Assembly (NCBI GenBank): GCA_951406725.2
Contig: OX597839.1
Coordinates: 22,878,001 to 22,942,000 of the forward strand
DNA: 64,000 nt
Direction: 5' to 3'
From: Octopus vulgaris
Lineage: Eukaryota
The notes below the pieces were generated by a model that was given only the letters and a program-made list of their open reading frames with translations, was not told the DNA's origin and did not search any database. The position numbers were made by a program, and so were the translations under genes. Shown one piece after another: positions 24,087-36,815 of this stretch. Within the stretch, counting starts at the first letter, position 1; every line of letters starts with the position of its first letter.

Positions 24087-24314
24087 TTATGCAGAGTCTG
24101 ACCACCTCTTATATACCTTAGATCCATTGTGGCATCTGATGTGCCTTTTTAAACCAGACAACGTTCTGAAAAGATACCCACATAGATTGCATATCTGATT
24201 TGGACCACCAAGAGCTGCAGATAAGTTCTGATCTTTGTGGATCTTAAAATGTCTTTTGAGGCCTCCTTTAGACTTACAGACCTTCTGCCATACATGGCAT
24301 TGTAAGGTGTGCAC
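24087..24314 (-). pseudogene. Two C2H2 zinc-finger-like motifs, probably a LINE ORF C-terminal remnant
   Basis: CHVWQKVCKSKGGLKRHFKIH (second Cys replaced by Trp) and CNLCGYLFRTLSGLKRHIRCH; no TGEKP linker. Confidence 0.55.
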
Positions 24315-24354
24315 AGATAGATAGGCAGAATAGTTGGTGGAGGTTCATTTTCCA

Positions 24355-24372
24355 TGTGTATGTGCACATATG

Positions 24373-24404
<32 letters not shown>

Positions 24405-24778
24405 CACACATATCTACACATACTTATTTACACAGGCTGTGATGATATATATATACACACACACATATATAAATATATACATATATATAGATATATACAT
24501 AAATATACATATAAATATATACATAAAATACATAAATAAATAAATATATATACATAAATATACATATATATATACATACATATACATACATATATATATA
24601 TATATATACATACATATATATATACATACATACATACATACATATATATATATACATACATATATATATACATACATACATACATACATATATATATATA
24701 TACATATATATATATACATACATATATACATATATATATACATATATACATACATATATATATACATATATACATACA

Positions 24779-24818
<40 letters not shown>

Positions 24819-24897
24819 CATATATATATATACATATATACATACATACATATATACATACATATATACATACATACATATATACATACATATATAT

Positions 24898-24930
<33 letters not shown>

Positions 24931-25161
24931 TACATACATACATATATACATACATATATATATACATACATATATACATACATATATATATATACATATA
25001 TACATACATATATATATATACATATATACATACATATATATATACATACATATATACATACACATATATACATACATACATACATATATACATACACATA
25101 TATACATACATACATACATATATACATACATACATATATACATACATACATATATACATAC

Positions 25162-25260
<99 letters not shown>

Positions 25261-25305
25261 TATATACACACACACACGTGTGTGTGTGTGTGTGCACGTG
25301 TATAT
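24355..25305. repeat. (TACA)n/(TA)n compound microsatellite, about 900 bp
   Basis: Direct observation. Confidence 0.97.
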
Positions 25306-25754
25306 GTATTTCTGTACATACAAAGTAAGTGCACAGGTGCCTGTGTGGGAATTTTATCAAAGAACTATCACTAAATTGCACCATTCCTTTCACTATTCTG
25401 TTGGCTTTCTGCATCCTGTTCCTGCAGCTACAAAATGGTTAGGAACGGATACAAACATAATGGAGATTGATGGCTTGTTTATTAACGCTTTCACACTTTC
25501 CAAACTCTATGCGTATGTAAGTGCATTTTGCTTTCCTCATTCAGTAGTTTTGTAGCTTGCTGGGTGTATGTGTGTGTGTGTACGTGTGTATTGTATGTAT
25601 GTATATTAACGGTAATTATTATTGAAAGGAAAATGTGGAGAAAGGGAAGAATTTTATGAAGATATTGTTGTCAAAGTTGGGTTGGTGCTGTAAGGGGTAA
25701 AAAAAACTTATGAAGGGAGAAAAGATTGGTGAAAAATGTTGTCTGGTGTATTTA

Positions 25755-26080
25755 TCTCTCTATATATAAATGGCAGTTTGTGTGTCTGTGTGTCTGTCAG
25801 GTTGTACCCTGGCTTGCTCTTCCTTCCGTAGAAGAAAAAATTCAAATCGGACTATGTTAACACCAAAAATTATTTACATGAAAAAGGTGCTTTTTTTTTC
25901 TATGAAAATCCCTATTTTATGATTTTTTGACTGCTGTGTCGCCATTTTTCGGTGTATTTCAACCAGAAAAATGTTCACTTAAAGAGAATAACAAGCTACA
26001 GAATGAAAAGTTTTGCTTTTCAAAAATTTCAATTCTAAAGGGTCGAAACAAACCCGAGCAACGCCGGGCGATACTGCTAG
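25755..26080 (+). mobile_element. Non-autonomous Helitron
   Basis: A|TC...CCCGAGCAACGCCGGG-CGATACTG-CTAG|T: 5' TC, 3' hairpin plus CTAG, AT target, no TSD. Confidence 0.85.
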
Positions 26081-26084
26081 TAGC

Positions 26085-26440
26085 TTATAAATCAGCTGAA
26101 TTGTATAACTGGAGCTCCATCGGTTACCATGACGAAGATTTTAGTTGACTCAGTCAGCAGAACAGCATGCTCATGCAAGTGGCTGAGTACTCCAAACACA
26201 CATGTACTCTTAATGTAGGTTTTAAGGAGGTTCAGCTTGACACAGAATGTGACTAGGCTGGCCCTTGGAATTACTTCTACAACTCGCTTTTTTTTTTTTT
26301 TTGCCAGCTGAGTGGAGTGGAGCAATGGGGAATGAAGTTTCTTGCTCAAGAACACAGTACACTGCTGGGAATTGAACTCACAACCTTACAATCAGGAACC
26401 AAACACCCAAAACACTAAACCCAAGCCATTTGCTTTCACA
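26085..26440 (-). mobile_element. SINE family D
   Basis: tRNA-like head at the right end, V-like block and CAAGTGGCTGAGTACTCC block. Confidence 0.7.
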
Positions 26441-26451
26441 ATATAGTCTTC

Positions 26452-26970
26452 CTTTTATTCTTTTGTTTCAGTCATCTGATTGCAGCCATGCTGGAGCACC
26501 ACCTTTAGTTGAACGAATCGACCCCAGGACTTATTCTTTGAAAGACTAGTACTTATTCTATCAGTCGCTTTTTGCCAAACTGCTAAGTTACAGGGACGTA
26601 AACACACCAACATCGGTTGTCAAGTGTTGGTGGGGGGACAGACACACAAACACATAAACACACACACATATATATATAATAATAATATATAATAATAATA
26701 ATAATTGTGTACAGTGCTCAGGTGCACTACAACTCATCTAAAGTGTATATATAATCAGGTGTAGTTTCGGCGGATTTCGGAAAGCATGAGGGCCTTAAAG
26801 GATGCAGCGTCATGGCAGTAATGGGCTTCTCAGTTTCCGTCTACCAAATCCACTCACAAAGCTTTGGTCGACCCAAGGCTATAGTAGAAGGCATTTGCCC
26901 AAAGTGTCACGCAGTGGGACTGAACCCAGAACCATCTGGTTGGGAAGCAAGCTTCTTACCACACAGCCAT
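26452..26970 (-). mobile_element. SINE family A interrupted by a CR1 3' end (about 26676-26820)
   Basis: The insert is the reverse complement of about 15388-15530 including its (TAA)n tail. Confidence 0.85.
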
Positions 26971-27956
26971 ACCATTTTCTAGAGAACATATGATTCTGCC
27001 AGCTCACTGACTTCTCAAGAATTAATACAAGTTTCAAATTTTGGCACAAGGCCAACAATTTTAGGGGGAATGCGTGAGTCAATTACATTGACCTCCAGGG
27101 CTCAGCCAGTAATTATTTCCTCAGCCCCAAAGGAATGAAAAGTAAAGTTGACCTTGGTGGAATTTGAACTCAAAACATAAAGACAGACAAAATTCCGCTA
27201 TGCATTTTGCCCAGCATTCTAACGATTCTGTCAGTTTGCCGCCTTAACCATTTGGAGTGTTGGCTTTTGATTGTAGTGTTGGAATTTAGTGCTAAGATGT
27301 TCAAAATAATCTCTCCAATGCACAGACACACACACACACACGCACGCACACACGTGCACACACACGCACACACGCATGCACACACACACACACACACACA
27401 CGCACACACACATTTTAGATGAAAGCTTAAAATAAAGTAAATTTGAATAAATGAAATTAAATGATTTCCACTCTCTAAAGAATTTTCAGATATTCCAGTT
27501 TTGAAAAACAAATTCTAAATTATAATAGATTGTAATTAATTTCATGAGAGCTAATTAGCAGTAGACAAACAGAGATGTTCTAACGATGGAATATACGGTG
27601 CAGCCTGTCTCACACTAAATATATTTCAACTAAACACGAACAGACGTATCAAGGTGGCAATATGTCTTAGGTTCTCGTCTGTCTTTACATTCTGAGTTCA
27701 AATTCCGCCAAGGTCGGCTTTGCCTTTCATCGTTTCAGGGTCGATAAATTAAGTACCAGTTGCGCACTGGGGTTGATCTAATCGACTGGCCCCCTCCCCA
27801 AACTTTCAGGCCTTGTGCCTAGAGCAGAAAAGAATATGTCTTAGTTTCATGGTTTTCATTGAAAACTTTAACCAATTCCAAGAACAAAAGCATTATCATG
27901 ATTTAACGTCCGTCTTCCATGCTGGTATTGGTTGGACGGTTTGACAGGAGCTGACC

Positions 27957-28349
27957 TACTCTTTACTCTTTTACTTGTTTCAGTCATTTGACTGCGGCCA
28001 TGCTGGAGCACCGCCTTTAGTCGAGCAAATCGACCCCGGGACTTATTCTTTGTAAGCCCAGTACTTATTCTATCGGTCTCTTTTTGCCGAACCGCTAAGT
28101 GACGGGGACGTAAACACACCAGCATTGGTTGTCAAGCAATGCTAGGGGGACACACACAAACATACATATATATATATATATACATATATACGACAGGCTT
28201 CTTTCAGTTTCCGTCTACCAAATCCACTCACAAGGCATTGGTCGGCCTGGGGCTATAGCAGAAGACACTTGCCCAAGATGACACGCAGTGGGACTGAACC
28301 CGGAACCATGCGGTTGGTTAGCAAGCTACTTACCACACAGCCACTCCTG
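27957..28349 (-). mobile_element. SINE family A, full length, inserted in an RTE 3' UTR
   Basis: Flanked by RTE tail sequence at 27898-27956 and 28350-28460. Confidence 0.9.
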
Positions 28350-29094
28350 ACCAGGCAGGAGACTACACCAATCTTGTGTGTCTGTTTTGGATGTCCTTCC
28401 TAACACCAACCACCCAGCAGGGTGGACAGAGTGCTTTTTATGTGGCACCAGCACAGGGGAGGAAATTCTGAGAACAAAATCATATGAAAAGAATAAGCCT
28501 TCTAAAGACACTTCTTGTTGTTGTAGAGCACATCACCCCTCCAACTGATTATATCTAATCAACTGTTCCAACCATGACCATTCTGTCTATTTTAAGGTAT
28601 TCATGACCACATTATCTAAAATAACCTTCCAGTTTTCTTTTTAGATAATTGATGTGATTTGAGGGTAATTTGGCTGCTATTTCTAGGTGATTGAATGACT
28701 GCTAGATGCTTTGCTTTCTTGTAGCTCTTTTATGCTTTTCTTGCTTCAGACATTAGTCTGTGGCCATACTGGGGCACCATCTAAAAGAGTTTTAGCTGAG
28801 TGAATCAATCTCAGTGCTTATTTTATCAGTCTTCTTTGCTGAATTGCTAGCTTACAGGGATGTAAACACACCAACACTAAGTGGTGGTGGGGAACAAACT
28901 CAGACATACACACAAATATATACACATACATAGGTGCAGCAGTGGCTGTGTGGTAAGTAGCTTGCTTGCCTACCACACGGTTCCGGGTTCTGTCCCACTA
29001 CATGGCACCTTGGGCAAGTGTCTTCTACTATAGCATCGGGCCAACCAAAGCCTTGTGAGTGGATTTGGTAGGCAGAAACTGAAAGAAGCCCATC

Positions 29095-29224
<130 letters not shown>

Positions 29225-29920
29225 GTATGTATGTATGTATGTATGTATATATAGTTGAAAAAATTCATTATAGGTATAAAGATACCATAAACAAGTATAA
29301 AAATGGAGAAAATATGTCAAAATCAAAATTGGATTTAATACATATGTACATTTCAAAAACAATACAAACATGTAAGAAAAAAATAATAATAATAATAATA
29401 ATTATAATTAAAGTTATGCATTGTCATTCTCATCAGTGTGAAGAATTTTAGGAAGAACATCAAGAAAGATATTAATAAAAATCAAGAAGGAAAACCAGAT
29501 GGGGTTAAAGGGAAAAATTTTACCAGATATTTACAAACAAGTTGTAAGAGAGACGAAAATGAAAGACCTATCAATGTGTATGCAAGTCCATTTGTGCAAA
29601 AATCTATAACTTAAAAAGTCTAATGGATATATTTAAAAAATAGTAAAAGATCAAGACGAAACATAATGTAAACAAAAACACGTTTGTCTAGCAGATATAA
29701 ATAACACGTTCACTAACAGAAAAAAGCCATAGAGAGTCAGATGTATACATATTCGTATTGAAAGCGAAAAAAATATATTACAAGAAGCTTCTAACTAAAT
29801 AACAAAATTATATTTTAAAATTGATTCAATATTTGAATAGTTTTGGGCATCAAGCAATGAAATAACCAAAAACCTAACACAGAGAAGACGACCATCATAA
29901 CAACAACACACACCACTACA

Positions 29921-30210
29921 TCATCATCATCATCATCATCATTTAGCGTCTGTTTTCCATGCTAGCATGGGTTGGACGGTTCAACTGGGGTCTGTGAAGC
30001 CAGAAGGCTGCATAAGGCCCAGTCAGATTTGGCAGTGTTTCTACGGCTGGATGCCCTTCCTAACGCCAACCACTCCGTGAGTGTAGTGGGTGCTTTTTAT
30101 GTGCCACCTGCACAGGTGCCAGACAGAGCTGGCAAACGGCCATGAACGGATGGTGTTTTTACGTGCCACCAGCACGGGGGCCAGGTGAGGGCAACGGACA
30201 CGAACGGACA
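29921..30210 (-). mobile_element. RTE 3' UTR with (CAT)n
   Basis: Matches 41490-41830 in reverse. Confidence 0.82.
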
Positions 30211-30879
30211 CTACAGTATGTATATATATGTATGTGTGTGAGTGTTTGTGTGTGTGTGTTAGTCTCCCCACCATTGCTTGGCAACTGATGCTTGTGTGTT
30301 TATGTGCCCATAACTTAGGGATTTGGCAAAAGGGTCTGATAGAATAAGTACTGGGTTTACAAAGAATAACTCCTGGAGTTGATTTGTTTGACTAAAGGTG
30401 GTGCCCCAGCATGGCCACAGTCAAATGACTGAAACAGGTAAATGAAAATATATGAATCAAAACAGTTTGGTTCAGACTCTTTGAGACTCCGAGATTCATG
30501 AGTTGAATTCAAAATGGCTGAAGATTAGCATCAGGTCATATATTAGTCTTTTATTCTTTGACTCGTTTCAGTCATTTGACCGTGGCCATGCTGGAGCACC
30601 GCCTTTAATCAAACAAATCGACCACATGATTTATTCTTTGTAAATTTAGTACTTATTCTAGCGGTCTCTTTTGCTGTACCGCTAAGTTACAACAACGTCA
30701 ACAAACCAACATTGTTTGCCAAGCAATAGTCGGGGAACAAACACAGACACGCAAATACATATATATATATTCATAGTGGGCACCTTTCAGTTTCCGTCTA
30801 CCAAATCCATTCACAAGGCTTTGGTCAACCCAAGGCTGTAGTAGAAGACACCTGCCCAAGATATCACACTCCTGTGCTT

Positions 30880-30914
<35 letters not shown>

Positions 30915-30916
<2 letters not shown>

Positions 30917-31710
30917 GTCAGTGTGCACACATGACAAAGTGTAAGTGCCCTGAGAGAAATGGTAGACATAAGAAGCATTGGTTGTGGAGTGCAAAAGAGA
31001 CGTTTGCATTGGTATGGTCAAGTACTGCAGATGGACATGGAGACCTGTGTGAAGAAGTGCCACTCCCAAACAGTGGAGGGAATCCAGGGTAGAGGAAGAC
31101 TCAGGAAAACATGGGATGAGGTGGTGAAGCTTGACCTTCAAAAGTTGGGCCTCACAGAGGCAATGACAAAAGACCGAGACCTCTGGAGGTACGCTGTGAC
31201 TGAGAAGACCCGGCAAATAAAGTGAGCCCACAGCTGTAACCTACACCAGTGTCGCATAACCAACCCACTCAAAAGTACGTTGGATCACAGGGCGATATGC
31301 CGTATTTGAGGAGATCTACTGAGTCAAGTACATCAACATCAGCAATATCAAAGTCAAATCAAATGGCAATTGCAGTTGTGAGCCCCATACCAGTAGCACG
31401 TAAAAAGCACCAGCCGAATGTGGCCGATGCCAGTGCCGCCTTGACTGGCTTCCATGCTGGTGGCACATAAAATGCACCATCCAATCGTGGTCATTGCCAG
31501 CTCCACTGGCCCCTTGTGCCGGTGGCACGTAAAAAGCACCCACTACACTTTCAGAGTGGTTGGCATTAGGAAGGGCATCTAGCTGTAGAAACACTGCCAG
31601 ATCAGATTGGGGCCTGGTGCAGTCTCCTGGCTTCCCAGACTCCAGTTGAACCGTCCAACCCATGCCAGCATGGAAAGCAGACGCATGATGATGATAATGA
31701 TGATGATGAT
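30915..31710 (+). mobile_element. RTE LINE 3' end: ORF C-terminus, 3' UTR and (GAT)n tail
   Basis: VQKRRLHWYGQVLQMD...VEGIQGRGRLRKTWDEVVKLDL...MTKDRDLWR is the RTE C-terminal signature. Confidence 0.9.
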
Positions 31711-32317
31711 TGATATATATATATATAGAAAGAGAGAGACAGACAGACAGAGTGAAAGAGTTAAAAAGCAAAGAGATCTGATGAACACAATTTATATCCA
31801 TATAATTTATATCCATTAGGTCTGCTTTCTAGCTCAATATAAATGTCTGATATCTTATGATATTCTATATAATAGATTCACTGAAGGATTATCTCTTCAA
31901 AATTTAATCTGTTACACCAGTGTATCTTGGATAAATATTCCTATAAGAGGTTTGAATATCCTCATTGTGACTATCATCATCATCATCATCGTTTAACGTC
32001 CGCTTTCCATGCTAGCATGGGTTGGATGATTTGAATGAGGTCTGGCAAATATATATATATATATACAACGGGCTTCTTTCAGTTTCCACCTACCAAATCC
32101 ACTCACAAAGCTTTGGTTGGCCTGAGGCTATAGTAGAAGACACTTGCCCAAGGTGCCACGCAGTGGGACTGAACCCGGAACCTTGTGGTCGAGCAGCAAA
32201 CTTCATACCACAGAGCCATGCCTATGCTTATTCATTAAAAATTATGGAGACAAGTGATGGAATTTTCTAAGAGAAACTTTTAAAAACATGAAGCAAGGAA
32301 AGGGAGAAATATTTTAC

Positions 32318-32730
32318 ACTCTTTACTCTTTTACTTGTTTCAGTCATTTGACTGCGGCCATGCTGGAGCACCACCTTTTAGTCGAGCAAATCGACCCCGG
32401 GATTTATTCTTTGTAAGCCCAGTACTTATTCTATCAGTCTCTTTTTGCCGAACCGCTAAGTGACGGGGACGTAAACACACCAGCATCGGTTGTCAAGCAA
32501 TGCTAGGGGGACAAACACAGACACACAAACACATACACACACACATATATATATATATACATATATACGACGGGCTTCTTTCAGTTTCCGTCTACCAAAT
32601 CCACTCACAAGGCATTGGTCGGCCCGGGGCTATAGCAGAAGACACTTGCCCAAGATGCCACGCAGTGGGACTGAGCCCGGAACCATGTGGTTGGTTAGCA
32701 AGCTACTTACCACACAGCCACTCCCGCGCC
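32318..32730 (-). mobile_element. SINE family A, full length
   Basis: Near-identical to 12006-12415. Confidence 0.92.
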
Positions 32731-33185
32731 TATTTTCACATTTTTACACGTTCACACTTTTTTTTTTTTTTTTTTAAATTGGTTCTGTTTTAATTATTGT
32801 GGAAACAGAGAAGAAATATTTGCTATGTGAACGAGTATTAATCAAACATTTGGGTTAAAAATTTATTATGAAAAGCCAGGGGGTCAAATGTAAAAATAAC
32901 TTTTGACTATTTTAACTCTTTCTTGCTCGAAAGTGACAGCCAAAAATTAAACGGAAAAACAAAAACAAAGCAAAACAAAAACAAAAAGAAATTGGCTAAT
33001 TTTGCTGCTTTTTCTTGAAGGTTGTTTTATTTTGAAAAGCCAGTGATCTGCCATCAATTCTCCCTTCAGAATTACTGAGGCAAAAGAGCTACAAAGTAAT
33101 ATTTCCTGCTTCGCTTATTATGAAATGTCCGAGTAAATAGACTTCCAACAAAATTAGTCATCTAGAAAATGAAAATATTTGTTAT

Positions 33186-33213
33186 CTAGTTATTGGGATT
33201 ATTATTATTATTA

Positions 33214-33255
<42 letters not shown>

Positions 33256-33461
33256 TATCATTATTATTTATAATAATTTTATTATTACCATTATTATTAA
33301 TAATAATAATTTTATTATTACTGTTATTATTATTATTATCATTATTATTAATAATTTTATTAGTATCATTATTATTATTATTATTATCATTATTATTAAT
33401 AATTTTATTAGTATCATTATTATTATTATTATTATCATTATTATTAATAATTTTATTAGTA

Positions 33462-33514
<53 letters not shown>

Positions 33515-33572
33515 AATAATAATAATTTCATTATTATTATTATTATTAATTTTATTATTATTATTATTATTA
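33186..33572. repeat. (ATT)n with ~48-bp higher-order unit
   Basis: AATAATTTTATTAGTATCATT(ATT)n recurs three times. Confidence 0.92.
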
Positions 33573-34352
33573 CTCAAATATATTTCATTAAAATTTACTT
33601 TCAAAAGAATCCAGAATGGTTAGATTACCAAAGATATGTTTTGAAAATGAGAGAGGGAAAAACAAAAAAAAAAGGAAGAAAATTTTAGTATAAAAAACTT
33701 TTTTAAAAAATAGTTTCAAGTGTTTGAAGTAGAAATTGTTGAGAATTTCTATCAACTTTCAAGTCTGTAAAATTTCTGCAAAATCTTTTTTCCTTTCACC
33801 CATATTAAAGTCCATGATACTTATTGCATTTCAAATCATTTATTTATTTCTTACTGAGGCTTGAAATATAGAGGAAAACATGGATGGGGCTCGGTGTGGA
33901 GGGTGGGGGGTAATTAAGAGTCTGTGGCATTCATGCTTTTCTTTTTTTTTTCAAAAGGCATTAGCAACTGAAATAAAATGAAATAACTTCTAACTAATAA
34001 AATCTGGGTCATAAACCCCAGCTCAAAGGAAATGTTGATCTGTATATTAATAGAGATTTACAAATCCACAATGGCATCTCTCTCTCTCTCCATATATATT
34101 GCCTTCGAAACACACTTGAGTCTAACTAGCGACAGCTGACGATTGGGGATTTTTCCTTGTGTAGTATGTCCTGTACTCTGTTTTTCTGTTGTAAAAAAAT
34201 GGCTATTCCGTTTTCGTTTCTCGTTGAGTTCTACGTCTAGTTGTGGTGTCCTGTACTCACGTATATATATTTATATATGCACGTATATATACATGTAGAT
34301 GTAGGTACATACATATATGTTTGTATGTATGCATATATTTTATTTATTACAC

Positions 34353-34405
<53 letters not shown>

Positions 34406-34490
34406 TTCGAGACAAAACCACTATTTTGCAAAACAAACAAGGAAATACTTAATCAATACATAAAAATTTTTAATATAAAGAAATAAACCG

Positions 34491-34533
34491 CCACTACAAT
34501 CGTTTCATGTCTTCAATGACATTCGTCAGGTGG
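34491..34533 (-). ncRNA. Minimal type I hammerhead ribozyme (Penelope-like)
   Basis: Minus strand: CCAC-CTGACGA-ATGTC-ATTGAA-GACAT-GAAAC-GATT-GTA-GTGG. Perfect 4-bp stem I and 5-bp stem II, intact core, GUA cleavage triplet. Confidence 0.85.
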
Positions 34534-34582
34534 ATTTTCGATCTCCTAATCTGTTTTAATTTATGAAGTATATATATATATA

Positions 34583-34773
34583 CAGTAATCCCTCGCCATG
34601 TTGTGGTTCACCTTTTGCAGTTTATTATTTGAGCTTACGTCGGTTTCTCCATGGTCTTGCTTTGCATTTATAATAAAATACATATACAGTACAGTACTCT
34701 TTCTACTTCACAGATTTTCACAGATTTTGGAAGGTTTGGGAATGTAACACCTGTGATAGTCAAGAGATTATTG
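34583..34773. mobile_element. pogo/Tigger-like MITE
   Basis: TA|CAGTAATCCCTCG ... CAAGAGATTATTG|TA. Confidence 0.7.
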
Positions 34774-34782
34774 TATATGTGT

Positions 34783-34816
<34 letters not shown>

Positions 34817-34936
34817 TCAAGGAATATATAAAAAAATTAAATCCAATACAAGGAAAACAGTTTTCTCTAAATTACTGGGTCTGAATCAAAACAATTGTAG
34901 GATTATAATATTGTTATTTATATTATATTATATGTA

Positions 34937-35323
34937 CTAGCAGTATCGCCCGGCGTTGCTCAGGTTTGTAAGGGAAATAACTATATAAGCATTTTTAGAG
35001 AGTTATAGCCAAAAAATGCATTAAAAATGGGAAAAAAATGATGGTAAATTTTTTTTAAAAATCGTTGACTCATCGTAGACATTTTTAGAGAGTTACTTCC
35101 CTTATATAATAGCGAAAAAATGCATTAAAATGGAAAAAAATGATGGTAAATTTTTTTTTTAATCGTAGACTCATCGTAGATGCACGCTAATACCCAGAAG
35201 GGCTCGATATGAATCACGACTATAAGATACCTGGTTTTGGGTAAACTGCACCGCACAATGTGGGAGTAGTTAGGAATCTAAATCGTAGGAGACAGACACA
35301 CAACTTCACTTTTATATATAAAG

Positions 35324-35324
<1 letters not shown>
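34937..35324 (-). mobile_element. Non-autonomous Helitron
   Basis: Reverse complement of 50972-51484 at both ends; same 3' hairpin and CTAG; internal ~90-100 bp duplication. Confidence 0.88.
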
Positions 35325-35368
<44 letters not shown>

Positions 35369-35933
35369 TAAAATTAAAATATGTTAATCATAGATCTTCA
35401 TTTTCTTTTAATTCTTATTCATTTATACATATTGTGTATTTGTTTGTTTCAGTCATTGGATGGCAGCCTGCTGGGGGCACTCCCTTGAAGAATTTTAATC
35501 GAATGATTTGACCCCAGTACTTAATTCCCTTAAACCTGGGTACTGATTCTATCCGTCCCTTTTGCTGAACTGTTAAGTTATGGGGACATAACCACATGAA
35601 CACCAGTTGTGAAGCAGTGATGGAGAACAAATACAGATACACATATATACCTATATATATATATATATATATATATTCGCTTTCACCTTCGAAACGTAGA
35701 GTAGATGAAACCATAGTGATTGAAGAAGGGGTTTTTTCCTTGTGTTATTTGTCCTGTACTCTATTTTTTTGTTGTTTAAGAAAAATGTCCAGTTCCTTGG
35801 GTTTGTGTCTATGTTTTCGTTTCTCTTTGTGTTCGACGTCCCTTTGGTGTCCTGTACTCATATATGCGTGTATATGTACATGTAGAGGTAGGTACGTACA
35901 TATATGTTTATATATATGCATATGTTTTATTTA

Positions 35934-35974
<41 letters not shown>

Positions 35975-36815
35975 TATGTATGTATGTATACACACACACA
36001 CATACACAAGGGACTTGTTTCAGTTTCTGTCTACCAAATCCACTCACAAGACTTTGATCAGCCTGACATTTGTTCAAGGTGCCATGCAGTGGGACTGAAC
36101 TTGGAACCAGGTAGTTGAGAGGCAAGCTTCTTACCACACAGCCACACCTGCACCTATACTTTCCAGCATTCCACATTTTCCTCAAACAGTTTTCTGTTTC
36201 CCCTTCTCATTATGTTGCTACCACATTAGACTTCTCCCTATATTCAGCGTCGATGTACCCCCAACACGTACCCTTCCATAATTCACGCACTTCACATCAA
36301 AATTTACACGGGGGTACATCCTATTTATCATTCTTCTTTGCACACAATAAACCAAAAAGCCTCCTAGATTCTGAAGAACCATCAAAGACATGCCATCACT
36401 GAAATGCATCAAAAGATTTATGGTAGCAGAAATATGGGTGATGGTGGAGGAGGAGGAGGAGGAGGAGGAGGAGGGGAAGGAATAAAAATGGGGAGGAGGA
36501 GAAGGAATAAGAAAATTGGTTTCTATGTCTCTGGAACCCACATACCGACTAATTCCGATCGATCTATCAATGAAAAGCTGAGAGTTAAAATATTTAGTCA
36601 CAGCCAAAAAAATTAAGGGTCAGTCGGTACAAAGGTAAACTTCAGTCACATGATTCTTCTTCTTCTTCTTCTTCTTCTTCTCTAGCAACAGTCACATGCT
36701 TTTACCGATGCTGCAGTCACATGCAGTTTCCATCCTCACGTCTGTCAGGTGCAGAAATGCAGTGTTTTCTTTGCACTTTCTTATTATTATCTTCTGTCTT
36801 TCAGTTCATTGTGAG

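Noticed and set aside
24414-25414. ~300-aa YI/CM/VY ORFs, and many similar ORFs across the window
   Set aside because: Dinucleotide and tetranucleotide microsatellites lack stops by composition.
29260-29830. A-rich region possibly a Penelope ORF/terminus remnant
   Set aside because: No recognisable GIY-YIG or RT motif and only a very degenerate ribozyme-like string.
32490-32793. Recurring peptide [19 protein letters not shown], resembling a gene family
   Set aside because: Antisense translation of the SINE family A head.
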